Positions 11,857 to 23,856 of a DNA stretch of 64,000 nt are shown in pieces (positions within the stretch are counted from its first letter, which is position 1; each line of letters opens with the position of its first letter). Under the pieces are notes generated by a model. That model made no database searches and was not told where the DNA came from. It saw only the letters and a list, made by a program, of their open reading frames with translations. The position numbers were made by a program, and so were the translations under genes. The stretch lies in NCBI GenBank assembly GCA_000182565.2, contig KQ257453.1; one strand, 5' to 3'. This DNA is from Spizellomyces punctatus DAOM BR117. Lineage: Eukaryota.

Positions 11857-14055
11857 ATGACTATCCCTTCTTCCTCCGATACGGCCTTTCCTGTATGTGC
11901 ATTTGGGCAGGCGGGCAAGAGGTCCGTGAAACTATGCGGTGTCTTTGAGCAACCACTGGATCGCCAATGTCCATGTGTGCAGACTGCAGGAGATCTTTAC
12001 TTGCGGTTTTCAGAGAAACAATCTGTTTGCAAACCTTCCGGTTGACAGCCCGCGGAACGTCTTGGTGACTGGTCCCAGTGGGTCTGGTGAGTTGCTGAGA
12101 TGTAAAAGGTGTTGTAACTCATAGTCTGGAGGTCATAACCGCATCGTTCGATAAGGCAAAAGGTCCTTGACTTTGGAGCTATGTCGTCAGTTTGGAGTCA
12201 CAGTTGAGTATGGCAGGGAAATTAAGCCATGCTTTCAGCTATTGAGAATCCGCCCTCTAGCCCGTTGTCATCAGCAGCGCACGATTATCATTAGAGTATC
12301 CTGGCCAGATGTCCAAAGGGATAGAAACGTTATGTAATTCGGCGACTGGAGATCTGCCAACTGCTAGTATGTACTCCAGAGGCGTTGCTGAACGCCGAGG
12401 GACCAATGAAAATTGCTGAGTTTGCCAACTTATGATAGTTATATTCCAGAGCATCCACGATCTTTTTCCTTCACGGAACACAGATGAAGAGGCGTACCAT
12501 GCCTTCACCATCTCGATGCGAGGCCGTCAGTCACACCGCAAAGAGCGGACACTCATCATTGCCACGACTGCAGATCTTGATAGTGTCAATGAATCAGTGA
12601 AGAATTCCTTTGAGGTGCGCTGCGGAAAGCAAAGCACATCATGTTTATGCTTTTCTGAGGCTGGTACCTATAGGAGCACTTGTCCTTGGAACTTCCAACA
12701 CCGACGCAGCGAGGAGAGCTGCTCAAATGGCTTCTTAGCTCTCCATATAATGACCCATCTTTCAGTGTTCGCCAGGTAGCAGACAGTTGCCACGCCTATA
12801 CGCTGGCAGATCTAGCCACCCTCTGTCGACGAGCCGTAGAAACTGCCAGGAAACGAACAGATTCGTCCAACTTGTCGAATGAACCTACACCTGTCACGTT
12901 ACGCGATTCAGATTTCCAACAGAATTTGTCTTCGATCAAGCTAGCAGAGAATAGAAAACGGTATGATGTCTCACGAATGGAGGCTGTCAGATGGACGGAT
13001 GTTGGCGGTCATAGTACCGTTAAGGTAGTGTGAGTTTGACTGTTGTCATATATGGAATAAAGAATTGCCTAACGCGACGATTCCAACAGCGGCTACTCCA
13101 AGAAAGTGTGGTGTGGTTTTACCAAAACACTGCGGCGTTTGCCAGACTGGGAATACAACCTTCGAAAGGCGTCTTGCTGTATGTTTCCATGCAGTAATTG
13201 TACGGTCATTGTACGGATGCCCCTCTCTGACGATTTCGTAACAGATACGGACCACCAGGGACTGGGAAAACCCTTCTAGCTAAAGCGGTTGCGTTCGAAT
13301 CCGGAGCGAACTTCCTTCCCATATCCATTTCCGAAATAATCAAGGGTGAAGTAGGTTGATGTAGCTATGGCACCGACCTTAACTTCCAGAGCTAATACAT
13401 ACTTTCTAGGTTGGGGAATCCGAAAAGGCAATAGCAAGAACATTTGAAACAGCTCGGCGATGCAGTCCTTGTATCATTTTCATGGATGAGCTCGAAGCAT
13501 TGTTTTCACGCCACGATCAAATGGGCCAGGTCGGAAAGAAATTATTTTCACAGCTTGTTGTGGAGGTAGATGCTCTGGACTGGCAAAGTTCCCGTATTGT
13601 GCTCCTTGGCGCCACCAATCACCCAAATTCTCTGGACCCCGCCCTCCTTCGGCCAGGTATGTTGAGTATACATAGAGGTCATTGACACACGTTGTTCCTG
13701 AGATCTCACGTTACCGACTGTCAAGGCCGGATCGATCGTCTCATAGCTGTCCGTCCCCCATCGGCTTCTGAACGTGTCGACATTCTGCAGACACTGGCTT
13801 CGAAGATCCCTTTCGAAAAAGACTTGGATTGGTCCGGGATTGCGGCGCGCACCCGAGGAAAGACGGGTGCTGACCTCAAGGAGTTAGTTCGACGAGCTGG
13901 ATTAGCTGCTCTAAATCGGACGACATTGGACGGGCAGGTGGGTTTTTGACTCTGCAGTGGCGCTCTTTATAAGACCTAACTCCTTGAAGCCTACCGTCCA
14001 AATGTGTGATTTCGAGGATGCTCTTCGTACTCCTCAATTTAGACAGCCCAGTTGA
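11857..14055 (+). CDS. CDC48/AFG2-family double AAA+ ATPase (degenerate D1, intact D2), multi-exon; start uncertain
   Basis: D1 [12 protein letters not shown]2 [61 protein letters not shown]. Confidence 0.85.
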
Positions 14056-14067
14056 TCCTCTGAGTGC

Positions 14068-17000
14068 CTAAATGAAACCACCAGCAACATCCCTAGTAGG
14101 TCCTTCTAGACTGACAGGCAATTCTACCACCGGGCCGCTCCTCCACACATTACCGACTAGATCAACCAACTTGCAAGTGATTCGGACAACGTATTCTCGT
14201 GTTTCTGGATTCCTACACTCCGTAAAAGACACCGCGCAGAGTTGGGCGAAGTACCCTTTCGCAAGGTTTGCCCGAAGAACATTTTGGGGGCAGTGGTGTT
14301 GCTAGAGGACTAGTATAAACGAGTATGTAGCGCCTGTGTGCAAATCCAATATGAATACCTTCGGGTAGGTTTCAAAGGCGTCTGGCAGCCTTTCCTTTGT
14401 GCCAACCATCGGGACTACCTCAGTGACATATTCGAGGGCGACGATCTCTCTTCCGTGTCCTTAAAGCGTGGTCCAGAAAGTTAATACATCCATCACATCC
14501 TTGCCGCAGTCCATGCTATAGTGGCAAGCCCACCTCTGAGCTTCCAGTTCGCGGGAGTTTTTACTGTCCCTTCCAGCTTTAAGATCAAGTCTTCGTAAGT
14601 CTTGACGCGACGAACTCCGTTTCTCCAATTGGGAGTTACTGTCACCTGCAATGGAAGCATTTGAATTTGAGTTGAGCATACTCTGTTGCTCGCATTCTGT
14701 TGTGTCAGCTGCTGTACCTGGACTGTGACGCTTGGTCGTGTGACAAAAAAGTAACTCGGGATTAATAGCGTCTCACGCAAGACTTGGGAGATTCTTCGTC
14801 CTACGTCCTATGTTGAGATATATGTTAGCATTTGTAGTGGGACCTCCTTCTAAACCATCCGGTGAAATAAACCTTGACTTGCATGTGGCTCTCATCCTCT
14901 ATTCCACGTAGTACATCAGCTAAATGCGGTGGCAACCGGCTTCCAGTTCTTGTGCTTGACACCGGCTGGGCATACATCATCAGGTAGAGCCGCGAGGGTG
15001 ATATTTCGGGTGCTCCTGCCTCGAAGAGCCCAGTCCTTGCAACAAACTGTCCTGTCAGCTCTGTCATGAATACACAGAATACCGCCCATGTGAAACAAAG
15101 TTAAGGAAACAACAATTCTTAACGTCATAAAGGGTAGCAATGCAATGCAAGTAAAAAGGATATGAATCAAGAACATCCAGGCTTGCATCGTCGATATCCA
15201 CAAAACTTTCTGCCAGGCAGCTGTATCCTCTAGAGCAAGTATCGAACGTTTCTTTGAAGGTTGACCACTTCATCGACTGCGTTACACGATCATCGCTGTG
15301 ATTTTCTAACGTTGCCAGGACTCCCTGTGTTGCTTCAAGGGTGGTCGCATGCAGTATCAGAAGATCATACTGAAATGCGCGGGACCCCTGGCTTGCCGCG
15401 AGTGACTGTGGACAGTTAGGGCGTGGGTAGCAAACGAATCGTCTGCGATGAAACACACCTTGATGGCCGTTGATGAGCTTCGAAGACTGTCAACGAGCTT
15501 GTGAAAAACTTCGATATTAGTTGCACTTTCTAAAAGTGCATTGATATATATGCCCGCCTGGGCAACATGTTCCAAACTGCGTATCCAAAAACCAACTGAC
15601 TCGGATGTAACCTGATCAGATACAAATCAGATACAATAAGTTGATTCGTTAGTCAAACGAAAGTTGAACTCTCCATACCTGAAGAACGAGTTCCTTAAAT
15701 ATATCGTGGGCAAGACCATAATGTCCAGCACACACGGCTTCTCGCCCAATACCATAAAGATGCCAGTACCCTTGGACACCTTCCTTCGACCGGATAAGAA
15801 GAGGGGTAATGGTTGAAGCAAAATCAGGCTGTCGGGAAGGCGGAATCTGCCCACACCGTAGCGCAACCCGCAGCGCCGCAGCCTAGCAAGCATATATACT
15901 CTTAGTTGACAGACACAAGGAACGGTTGGGGATAATCAGCGGCTTACAACGGTGCGAGCAGGTAACACTGAAAGGTAGACAATGGCCATCGAAATTAAAG
16001 TGTTAACCGAGTGATGATCGGAATCGGTTTGCTGGCTCAGCATTCGTAAAATCAAGTTGAAGAGTTTTGTTAAAACTGGGCGATATCATATCAATATACT
16101 GGCCACTATCGACAAAGCATTGCAGATACCTAGCGGATTCTTCTGTGATGCCGAGAGCATGGCATTCCATACCTCAGGACCGTCACGTAATCTCGACAGT
16201 TGCACCAGCGTCTCCGCGGTATATCTGAACTATTAAAGTTTAGAGATGTCAGCGCAACGCTTGAGTGACAGCTCCAGCCGAGATAGTACTTCTGACGCGG
16301 AGACATTCGTCGACATGGAAGCTAGTTTGTTGAGAAGCTGACGGACAGTCGCATGATCGACATCTGTAAACAGACGCCCAAGAGGTGAGAAAAAGAAGCG
16401 ATTGCCGATTTAATGATTGTATGAACTCAGACCTGAGATGAAACCAATTTCAATTCCATTCACTGAGAGATGAGTTTGCGCGAATGTGTACATCTTGCAT
16501 AATGTCCTAGCCGCATAGACAGAGCTCGCATCTCCCTGTGACATGATAGACTCAATGTCCGACAGGGACACCTGCTGGGATATCGTGTTCCCGCCTCCGG
16601 GACTGTGGAACAAGCGGAGGAGAAGGTCAAAGTGACCGCAGAGCACACTGAGCACTTGAAAGCCCTTCTGGCGGACGACGCTGCATCTCGCTGAACATGC
16701 AAACTTCATGATATACTGCAACCACAGTAAGTTAATTCCGGTTCCTCAGCTGTACAGTTGTCCTCCATTACCAAGAAGTTCTCCTGTGTGAAGTGATGCC
16801 CTTGTGCCTTTCCGAGTGTCCTTAAGCAGTCCAAAGCACTCCATTGCAATGGTATTCGGCGGTCCTGCTCCAGGTACCCAATCAGCAGTTCCACCTTCGT
16901 ACAGTTAGTTCATCGTGAAAATACGGTTCGGATCCTAATATACAATGCCTACCTGAGCATCAATCTGAAATATACAGCGCTTGGCAAGAACTGTCAGCGT

Positions 17001-18054
17001 GCGAGCAATGGTTATGATGTAGTCTTCATCGTTGGAGCCGCGGAGGTATCGTAAACAGGATTGTCGTGCCTAACCGTGTGATGGTGAGTAACGAAGCAGC
17101 ATTCTCGTTCATGCGCTTCGGTATTTACCAAATTTGCCAATTGCTGATCATGGTGCATGTGCCTGAAAATCCTGAAAACCTTTGCAGTTGTTGCAGTATT
17201 CTGAATTGGGTCTAGTTCTGCACGTCAGTATTTGGCGTTTCCTTGGTCCACGAGAACGTCATCGCACCTAGCACCATAAGCTCCAGTTTATCCATGATGT
17301 TGGCAGCAAAGGTCCTGGACTTTGAAGCAATCCTATCGGTCGCGAAAATAGCCGCCTCCAATTCTAAAGGATCATTGGAGTCCAAGAGAAGTCGAACACT
17401 ATTTGGCGATAATTAACCTCAACTCTGCGCGACACATCATTTTAAGAATGCTAACCGATGATGAACTTCAATCCGTTCTTGAACAATAGCAGACATATAT
17501 GCGAGCAGCCTGGAAATAAAAAGGAAAGCAAATGTGGGAATGGGCGAGCTACAGCGCATTCTGGGATATATATCATACCTGAGAGTGAGCGCACGAGCAA
17601 TGGGGTCATTGCTCGTCAAAACAACAAATATCCTTCGCAGCATGTCATCTACGCTAGTGATCTTCGTCAAGGCATATTGGCTATGTTTGAAGACCTTGAA
17701 AATTGACTGTCGCACGATATTATTGCTGCGATTTTCAAGATATAAACAATTTCTTCCAGGAATCTGTACCAAATTATTCTAAAGGTGACCGACCTTGTGC
17801 GCCAGTACTCGGCCAATTTGAGAAAACCTGGTGGGTTTTAATAAGGCCTTGGAACAAGGTCCCAGCGGGGCATGCATTTAGGATTACAGAAGCATACCAG
17901 AAGTGACCAGGTCAGGGGATGGGTATTTGACAAAAAAATGGGTATATTGTAAAATGGACTGCAATTTGTGCTCTAGCTTGGGGGACCTGTAGGCTTTATC
18001 CAATGCAACAAGCTCCTGCAGGCCGGGATCTACCAGCGACAACCCTTCCGACAT
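14068..18054 (-). CDS. INTS7: Integrator complex subunit 7, multi-exon
   Basis: FLKLAEYWRTSNNIVR, SNDPIARALTLR, LDSNDPLELEAAIFA, LLIGYLEQDRR and C-terminal GNVWRSGP match remembered animal INTS7 motifs. Confidence 0.88.
15090..15163 (-). other. U12-type (minor spliceosome) AT-AC intron in INTS7, 74 nt
   Basis: Minus-strand donor ATATCCTTTT, branch TTCCTTAAC (15108-15100), acceptor TTTCAC; removal joins ...LDVLDS to WAVFCVFMTELTG in frame. Confidence 0.9.
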
Positions 18055-18307
18055 TGTCAATGAGTACCGGCTTTGGTAGACCCGCTAAAGCCAATTCCCA
18101 AAGACTTCAATAGTGCCTTCTTGAACGGTTTTCCAGCACCGTATCCTGGCCTAAACGTTCGTAAAATCCCGTCGATTGGAATTGGGAAACTCTCAAGCGC
18201 AACACGATCTGGCCAATGCGCGCGGCTAACCATCCGATGATTCATCATCACTATGGTAACAACGATGAGTGAATCGCTGAGACCAGTGGAATTTTGTCCC
18301 AACCTGC

Positions 18308-20261
18308 ATGAGGAGGGTGGCCGACATCAGGCACCATTTGCCGCGCAGATTACTCCTACGGCCCGTCGGTACTCGTACCAACTTTTTTGTTCTCGGAGCT
18401 ATCTCTACCCCCCACAATTGGACTGTCCGTCACTTCTCAAATTACAACTGTCAAATGACCGTAGACGGCGTTATTAACAAGGAGGCCGAGCTTTCGCAGC
18501 TGGAGGCTCTTGAGGCAGCCTGCCGCTCTCGCATAAAGGAACACAAGAAGAATGGAGACAAGGTCGCTGAAAAGTCGCAATTGGAAGAGCTGAAAGAGGT
18601 TATGCGAAGAAAGAAGGAGCTCCTTGGCCCCAAGAAGAAAGGCGAAAACGCAGAAGGGACAGAGGAGAAGGCTAAGGATGATGTGAAGTCTTTTACTCTG
18701 AAGACTCCGAAGGTATGCTGGCGAAATCACCATGCATGCGTAACTCGATCCGTTAAACGTTCATGTCGCTGTGCAGGGAACAAAAGATTACGATGAGAAG
18801 GATATGGCAATCCGGGAACAAATCTTCTCTACAATTACCAGCATCTTTAAGCGGCACGGCGCAATTACGATCGACACGCCAGTGTTTGAGCTGAAGGAAA
18901 TTCTAGCTGGGAAGTACGGGGAGGACAGCAAGCTCATCTACGACCTGGAAGATCAAGGCGGAGAAAAGTGTTCTTTGCGATATGATCTCACTGTGCCCTT
19001 TGCGCGATACCTTGCTGAAAATAAAATATCCAACCTGAAGCGCTACCACATTGCAAAGGTTTACCGACGAGATCAACCGGCAATGAATCGTGGTCGAATG
19101 CGAGAATTCTATCAATGCGATTTCGATATTGCAGGAGTGTACGATCCCATGGTACCGGATGCGGAAGCACTACGTGTTATGGCAGAAATTCTCAAGGGAT
19201 TGGATGTTGGTGAGTTCACTATCAAAGTGAATCACCGCAAGATTTTGGATGGAATGTTCGAAGTATGTGGTGTACCAAGCGATAAGATCCGTACAATATC
19301 ATCCGCTGTTGACAAGTTGGACAAAATGCTTTGGGCGGATGTCAAAAAAGAAATGGTGGATGAGAAGGGTCTTGCGGAAGAAGTCGCGGACCGGATTGGT
19401 GAATATGTGAAACTTAAAGGTACGTTCACCGTGGCTTTGCAGAGATGGCGAATGACTAAGTCACGAACTTGATATCAGGCTCCAAGGAACTATGCGAGAA
19501 GCTAGCAGCGGACACAGGATTATCAGGAAATGCCAACGCCACAGCCGGAATCGCGGACATGCGACTGTTGTTGAATTACCTGGAAGTTTTCAACGTCCTC
19601 CCGCACATTTCCTTCGATCTCAGCCTTGCACGAGGACTAGACTATTACACTGGTGTCATTTACGAGGCTGTGATCAATGACTCACCTAGTGTACAAAGTA
19701 AGTAATTCTATTTTCAAGTACACTGCCTCTTGCACGCGGTCTCTTATTGCTGCTCAACCTCATACGTCAGACGGAGAACAAGTCGGCGTTGGCTCGGTTG
19801 CCGCAGGTGGCCGATATGATGATCTCGTTGGGATGTTCTCCGGAAACAAGAAGATTCCATGCGTAGGTGTTAGCATCGGTGTGGAGCGGGTGTTTGCACT
19901 TTTGTCGAGCCGCCGAGACCGTGCCAGCATCAAATCCAACGCTACGGAGGTGTACGTCATCGGACTTGGAGAAGGGTTTTTGGAGGAACGAATGCGCATC
20001 TGCAGTGAGCTTTGGGACGCAGGTGTAAAAGCTGAGTATATGTTCAAGAAGAAGCCACGAAGTCTGCAGGTTCAGTTTGATGTCTGCGACAAGGAGCAGA
20101 TACCTCTTGCTATTATCGTTGGTGGAAAGGAGATTGAGGCTGGAGTGGTCAAAATCAGGAAGATGGTAAAGGAAGAAGCGTCAAGTGGGGATAAAGAGGT
20201 CACTGTCCCAAGAACAGGTCTTGTTGAGGCAGTGGAGCAGAAGCTTCAGGAGCTAAGATAG
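18308..20261 (+). CDS. HTS1: Histidyl-tRNA synthetase with putative mitochondrial presequence, multi-exon
   Basis: [65 protein letters not shown]. Confidence 0.97.
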
Positions 20262-20534
20262 GACCAGACGAAATAGTTTTTGTTTATAGATTAATCATTG
20301 CGTCAACGTGTACATTTCATACACTCTCATGGACCAGATTAACGTCATAGACCTTATGGAGGATATAAGTCATGGCCAGTCATAGTCCCATGTTGGAACT
20401 GCATGTTGAGATATTGTTGACTGCGATCTACTTATTCTATTGCAATCTACAAGTAATACACAATGTCCATTCTATAATACGAAGTATAATATTTACACGA
20501 TCTATTCTGTACATGTCACCGAAACGGAAGAATC

Positions 20535-20927
20535 TCATGACAACTTTGCAGTTATGTAATTCAAGGTTCCGACTTGCTCGATCACGAATTGTGCTTTGGA
20601 CGATAGCCGTTTACATTGTCGAAGCACCTTGTTCGTATCTACACCAGGTGGGATTTTCCAGCGCATAGTGCGAAAGCCTTTTTGCTGCTGGAGAGACTGG
20701 ACGTCCTTTTCGACCGTAGCAATAAATATCTTGTAGGGGTCGGCTTCCTTTGGGACTTCCTCTACTTGTTCTGTGGACTCGTCGTTGAGAGTGTCTTCTG
20801 ACGAAATTCGACGCAGAAAATCCACAGCGGACGCATCGACAGCGGGCTCACCGCGTTTGAAGAGGGCAAAGATACCTTTCACACCAGTTTTCCTGGCTGC
20901 GGTACTTGTTGCAACTGTGGTGGGCAT
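20535..20927 (-). CDS. Hypothetical 130-aa protein
   Basis: ATG-initiated intronless ORF with protein-like composition in an otherwise empty interval; no family recognised. Confidence 0.55.
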   Translation of the reverse strand: MPTTVATSTAARKTGVKGIFALFKRGEPAVDASAVDFLRRISSEDTLNDESTEQVEEVPKEADPYKIFIATVEKDVQSLQQQKGFRTMRWKIPPGVDTNKVLRQCKRLSSKAQFVIEQVGTLNYITAKLS

Positions 20928-21435
20928 AGCGAAAAATTAGTGTAATACTGGGTTGTACTCTTTTCCACAGGCGGCGATGGGGGAGCCGCTTCTACTTTTA
21001 TGTCTTCTCCATCCTTCCCCACTCCATCCAATTGCAATCCAAGGACGGGATAGCAGCTCTTGGGAGGAGAGTCGCCGCCGGCAGGGACCTAAAAATAGCT
21101 CATCTCAGTGGTTTAATTGATGTTGGGTGAGGGTGAATCCTGATTACGTAAGCACCGGTGATGTTTAGCCCGGCGACTTTTCGACCGACGACCTTTCTCG
21201 TCGTTTTCCGCATGGCATCGATGCTCGTTTTGTACTTGTCATTTCCTGCTTCCATACATTGATAGATCACAGTTACCGACATAACCGTATGGTTAGACAT
21301 TATCCAGCCAATTCGGAAACCTTATTTAAAGTCTTTAAGTCTTGATCATCTCATGAGTGCCTCGCCCAACGGCAAGGTCCTGCTGCAACATACAAGCTTT
21401 AAAGGATGTAGCTTTCATTCAAATACTACCATCTA

Positions 21436-21448
21436 CCCCCCCCCCCCC
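21436..21448. repeat. poly(C)13 tract
   Basis: 13 consecutive C upstream of ARD1. Confidence 0.9.
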
Positions 21449-21502
21449 GCTTCGTATAGCAGCTTGAGCAAGGATCAAGGCAGACTCACGAGGTAGATCT
21501 GG

Positions 21503-21516
21503 GTCTCCATAGCAAC
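21503..21516. promoter_or_regulatory. RFX X-box
   Basis: GTCTCCATAGCAAC, about 87 bp upstream of the ARD1 ATG. Confidence 0.65.
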
Positions 21517-21602
21517 AAGGCTTCCAATGTCAATGCAGGTACTGTCCAAGCGCAGGTTTTCCGAGGCATACCCTTCCACCGACCCAGGCTTCATCAGACA
21601 CG

Positions 21603-22455
21603 ATGATAAACATCCGACCTGCAACAGTACGTGCTAGGATATCATATATAGCAATCGATATTTGGGCTCTAACTCCTAAAGTGTCTCGTAGGTGGACGAT
21701 CTGCTGTCCATGCAGAATTGCAACCTAATGAACCTTCCCGAGAACTACCAAATGAAGTACTACATATATCACGCCTTATCATGGCCTCAGCTCTCCTTTG
21801 TTGCGGAGGATCAAAAGGGCCGTGTTGTGGGCTATGTTCTAGCTAAAATGTGAGTTGAGATAAGTACCGTATGTGCCATTTCCATGTGGTCTCATGCAAA
21901 TGCCTACAGGGAGGAGGAAGTGGGCGATGTGCCACATGGACATATTACAAGTTTATCTGTAATGAGGAACTGGCGACGATTAGGCATTGCCGAGAAGCTG
22001 ATGAGCCAAGCACGTACGTTCTTACTTTTTCGCGGTGATCGCATGTCGTCCGTTGATGTGTTTGTACAGAGAAAGCAATGCTGGAAGCATTCCATGCACA
22101 TTACGTCTCGCTGCATGTAAGAAAGAGCAATCGTGCGGCCCTCCAGCTATATCGCGATACCTTAAAGTTCAGGTATAGTAGAACTGTCATTACGTGATTG
22201 GAGATTGTTAGACAACAACGCACACGAAACTGACTCACGCTTGTAGTGTGCACGAGATCGAAAAGTCTTATTATGCAGATGGAGAGGTAAGTTTGGCTGC
22301 TCGTCTCGCGAAAGGTATTGTTATGCTGATGATACGGATTACAGGATGCGTATGCCATGCGAAAACAGTTGAAGGAAGATGCAGAGGGAGCGCAGCATGG
22401 TCGTGGATCAAAATCAAAGCCCTTGAATGGGAGGGAGGGTGGCCATTCGCATTGA
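21603..22455 (+). CDS. ARD1: NatA N-terminal acetyltransferase catalytic subunit (Naa10), multi-exon
   Basis: [58 protein letters not shown]. Confidence 0.96.
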
Positions 22456-22738
22456 ACAGAGATTTTATAAGCAATCTTTCTGCTTTCGTGTTTATCGGTG
22501 TACTCCCGTGCGGAGAGCTACCGGTATAGCGACCAGTATCAATACGGGCTGATCTACTGTCAGGATGCGCAATCGGAAAATGTGATATTTACTACAGCAA
22601 AAAGCGGAATCAACGAACGAAAACGTGTACCCCCCTCTACACCAACCATACGACTACGATACAGCAAACCCTTGGTGACATCTCATCTACACGTCCTCAT
22701 CCATGCCTTCTAAATAATGATATATGATGGAAACAGTC

Positions 22739-23509
22739 CTATGATGAATCTTGTACTACGCCAACCTGAGCAGGTCTTAGAATACGGCTTCCCAACTTGT
22801 AGCCAGTCTTGGCCACGTCAAAGACAGTACCCGGCTCCTTTCCCGGAATAGGTGCCTGGAACAAGGCCTCATGCAAATTCGGGTCGAATGTTTCACCCAA
22901 GGGTTCAAATGGTTCAATACCGAAGCGTTTGAATGTGGCCATCAGATTCGACCGGGTCATGGCGACACCTGTGTAAAGATCCTTCAGGTGCTGATTGTTG
23001 CCATTTTCACCATGCTCTGTTTCCGGGACTGCCTTCAACGCCATCTCCAATACATCTGCAGTACTCAATAGCTCCTTAGCGAACTTGTTTATGGCAAACT
23101 CCTTTGTTTCCGCAACTTCCTTTCGTGCCCGTTGACGCACATTCTCCGCATCCGCGAGAGCGCGACGGTACATGTCCTATACAAAGGGTGTCCGGTCAAT
23201 ACAGAAGGTAGTTTTGCTGCTACTATGAAATAAGCATACCTGCAGTGCGGCGATCTGCTTGTCTTTTTCCGCTAGGACGGCAGCGGTATCAACCTCAGGT
23301 GCCTGTTCCTCCTGAGCTGGTTGTTCCCCCTGTTTAGCACTAGCTTGTTCCCCATTCGTTGTCTTTTGATCTTCGGTTGAGTACTGGCGACGGTTTGATA
23401 GCAGTATGGACCTTGTTCTGCCAACAGGGATACGAGCAGATACGGGAAGAGATGCGGAAAGGACTCGCACAGGGCGGAGTGCACGTAATGGTCGCAGTGA
23501 GTTCATCAT
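22739..23509 (-). CDS. MGE1: Mitochondrial GrpE co-chaperone, 2 exons
   Basis: Arg/Ser-rich presequence; RALADAENVRQR, FDPNLHEA, GYKLGSRILRPAQVGV. Confidence 0.96.
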
Positions 23510-23680
23510 ATGTTTGAGATGCGTTTTGCAGTTTGGATGAGACCAGAGATCAGTGGAGGGAGGAAACCGTCGCGAAGGAAGACGCTTTGCTAACGAGTCA
23601 AATGATTTCGGTCGGCGAATTTTGGTGGTTGATCGGGATTATTCACATTTAAATGCATTCGTCTCACATTTGAATCCCTT

Positions 23681-23694
23681 GTTGCTACGGTAAC
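23681..23694. promoter_or_regulatory. RFX X-box
   Basis: GTTGCTACGGTAAC in the MGE1/STO1 divergent promoter. Confidence 0.6.
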
Positions 23695-23856
23695 AGCCAG
23701 GACGAGCTTGTCGCTTCAATGCAAGCGATCTCTTGAATATTGCTGGAGCCAAAGGACGTGCCATCTGTCCCATTCGTTGTAGTGCAGCTGCCAGGAAGGA
23801 ACGCTTGTCGAGACAGTACCAGTATTTTGGAAGCTCGCTATTGTGCTTGGGCAGGA

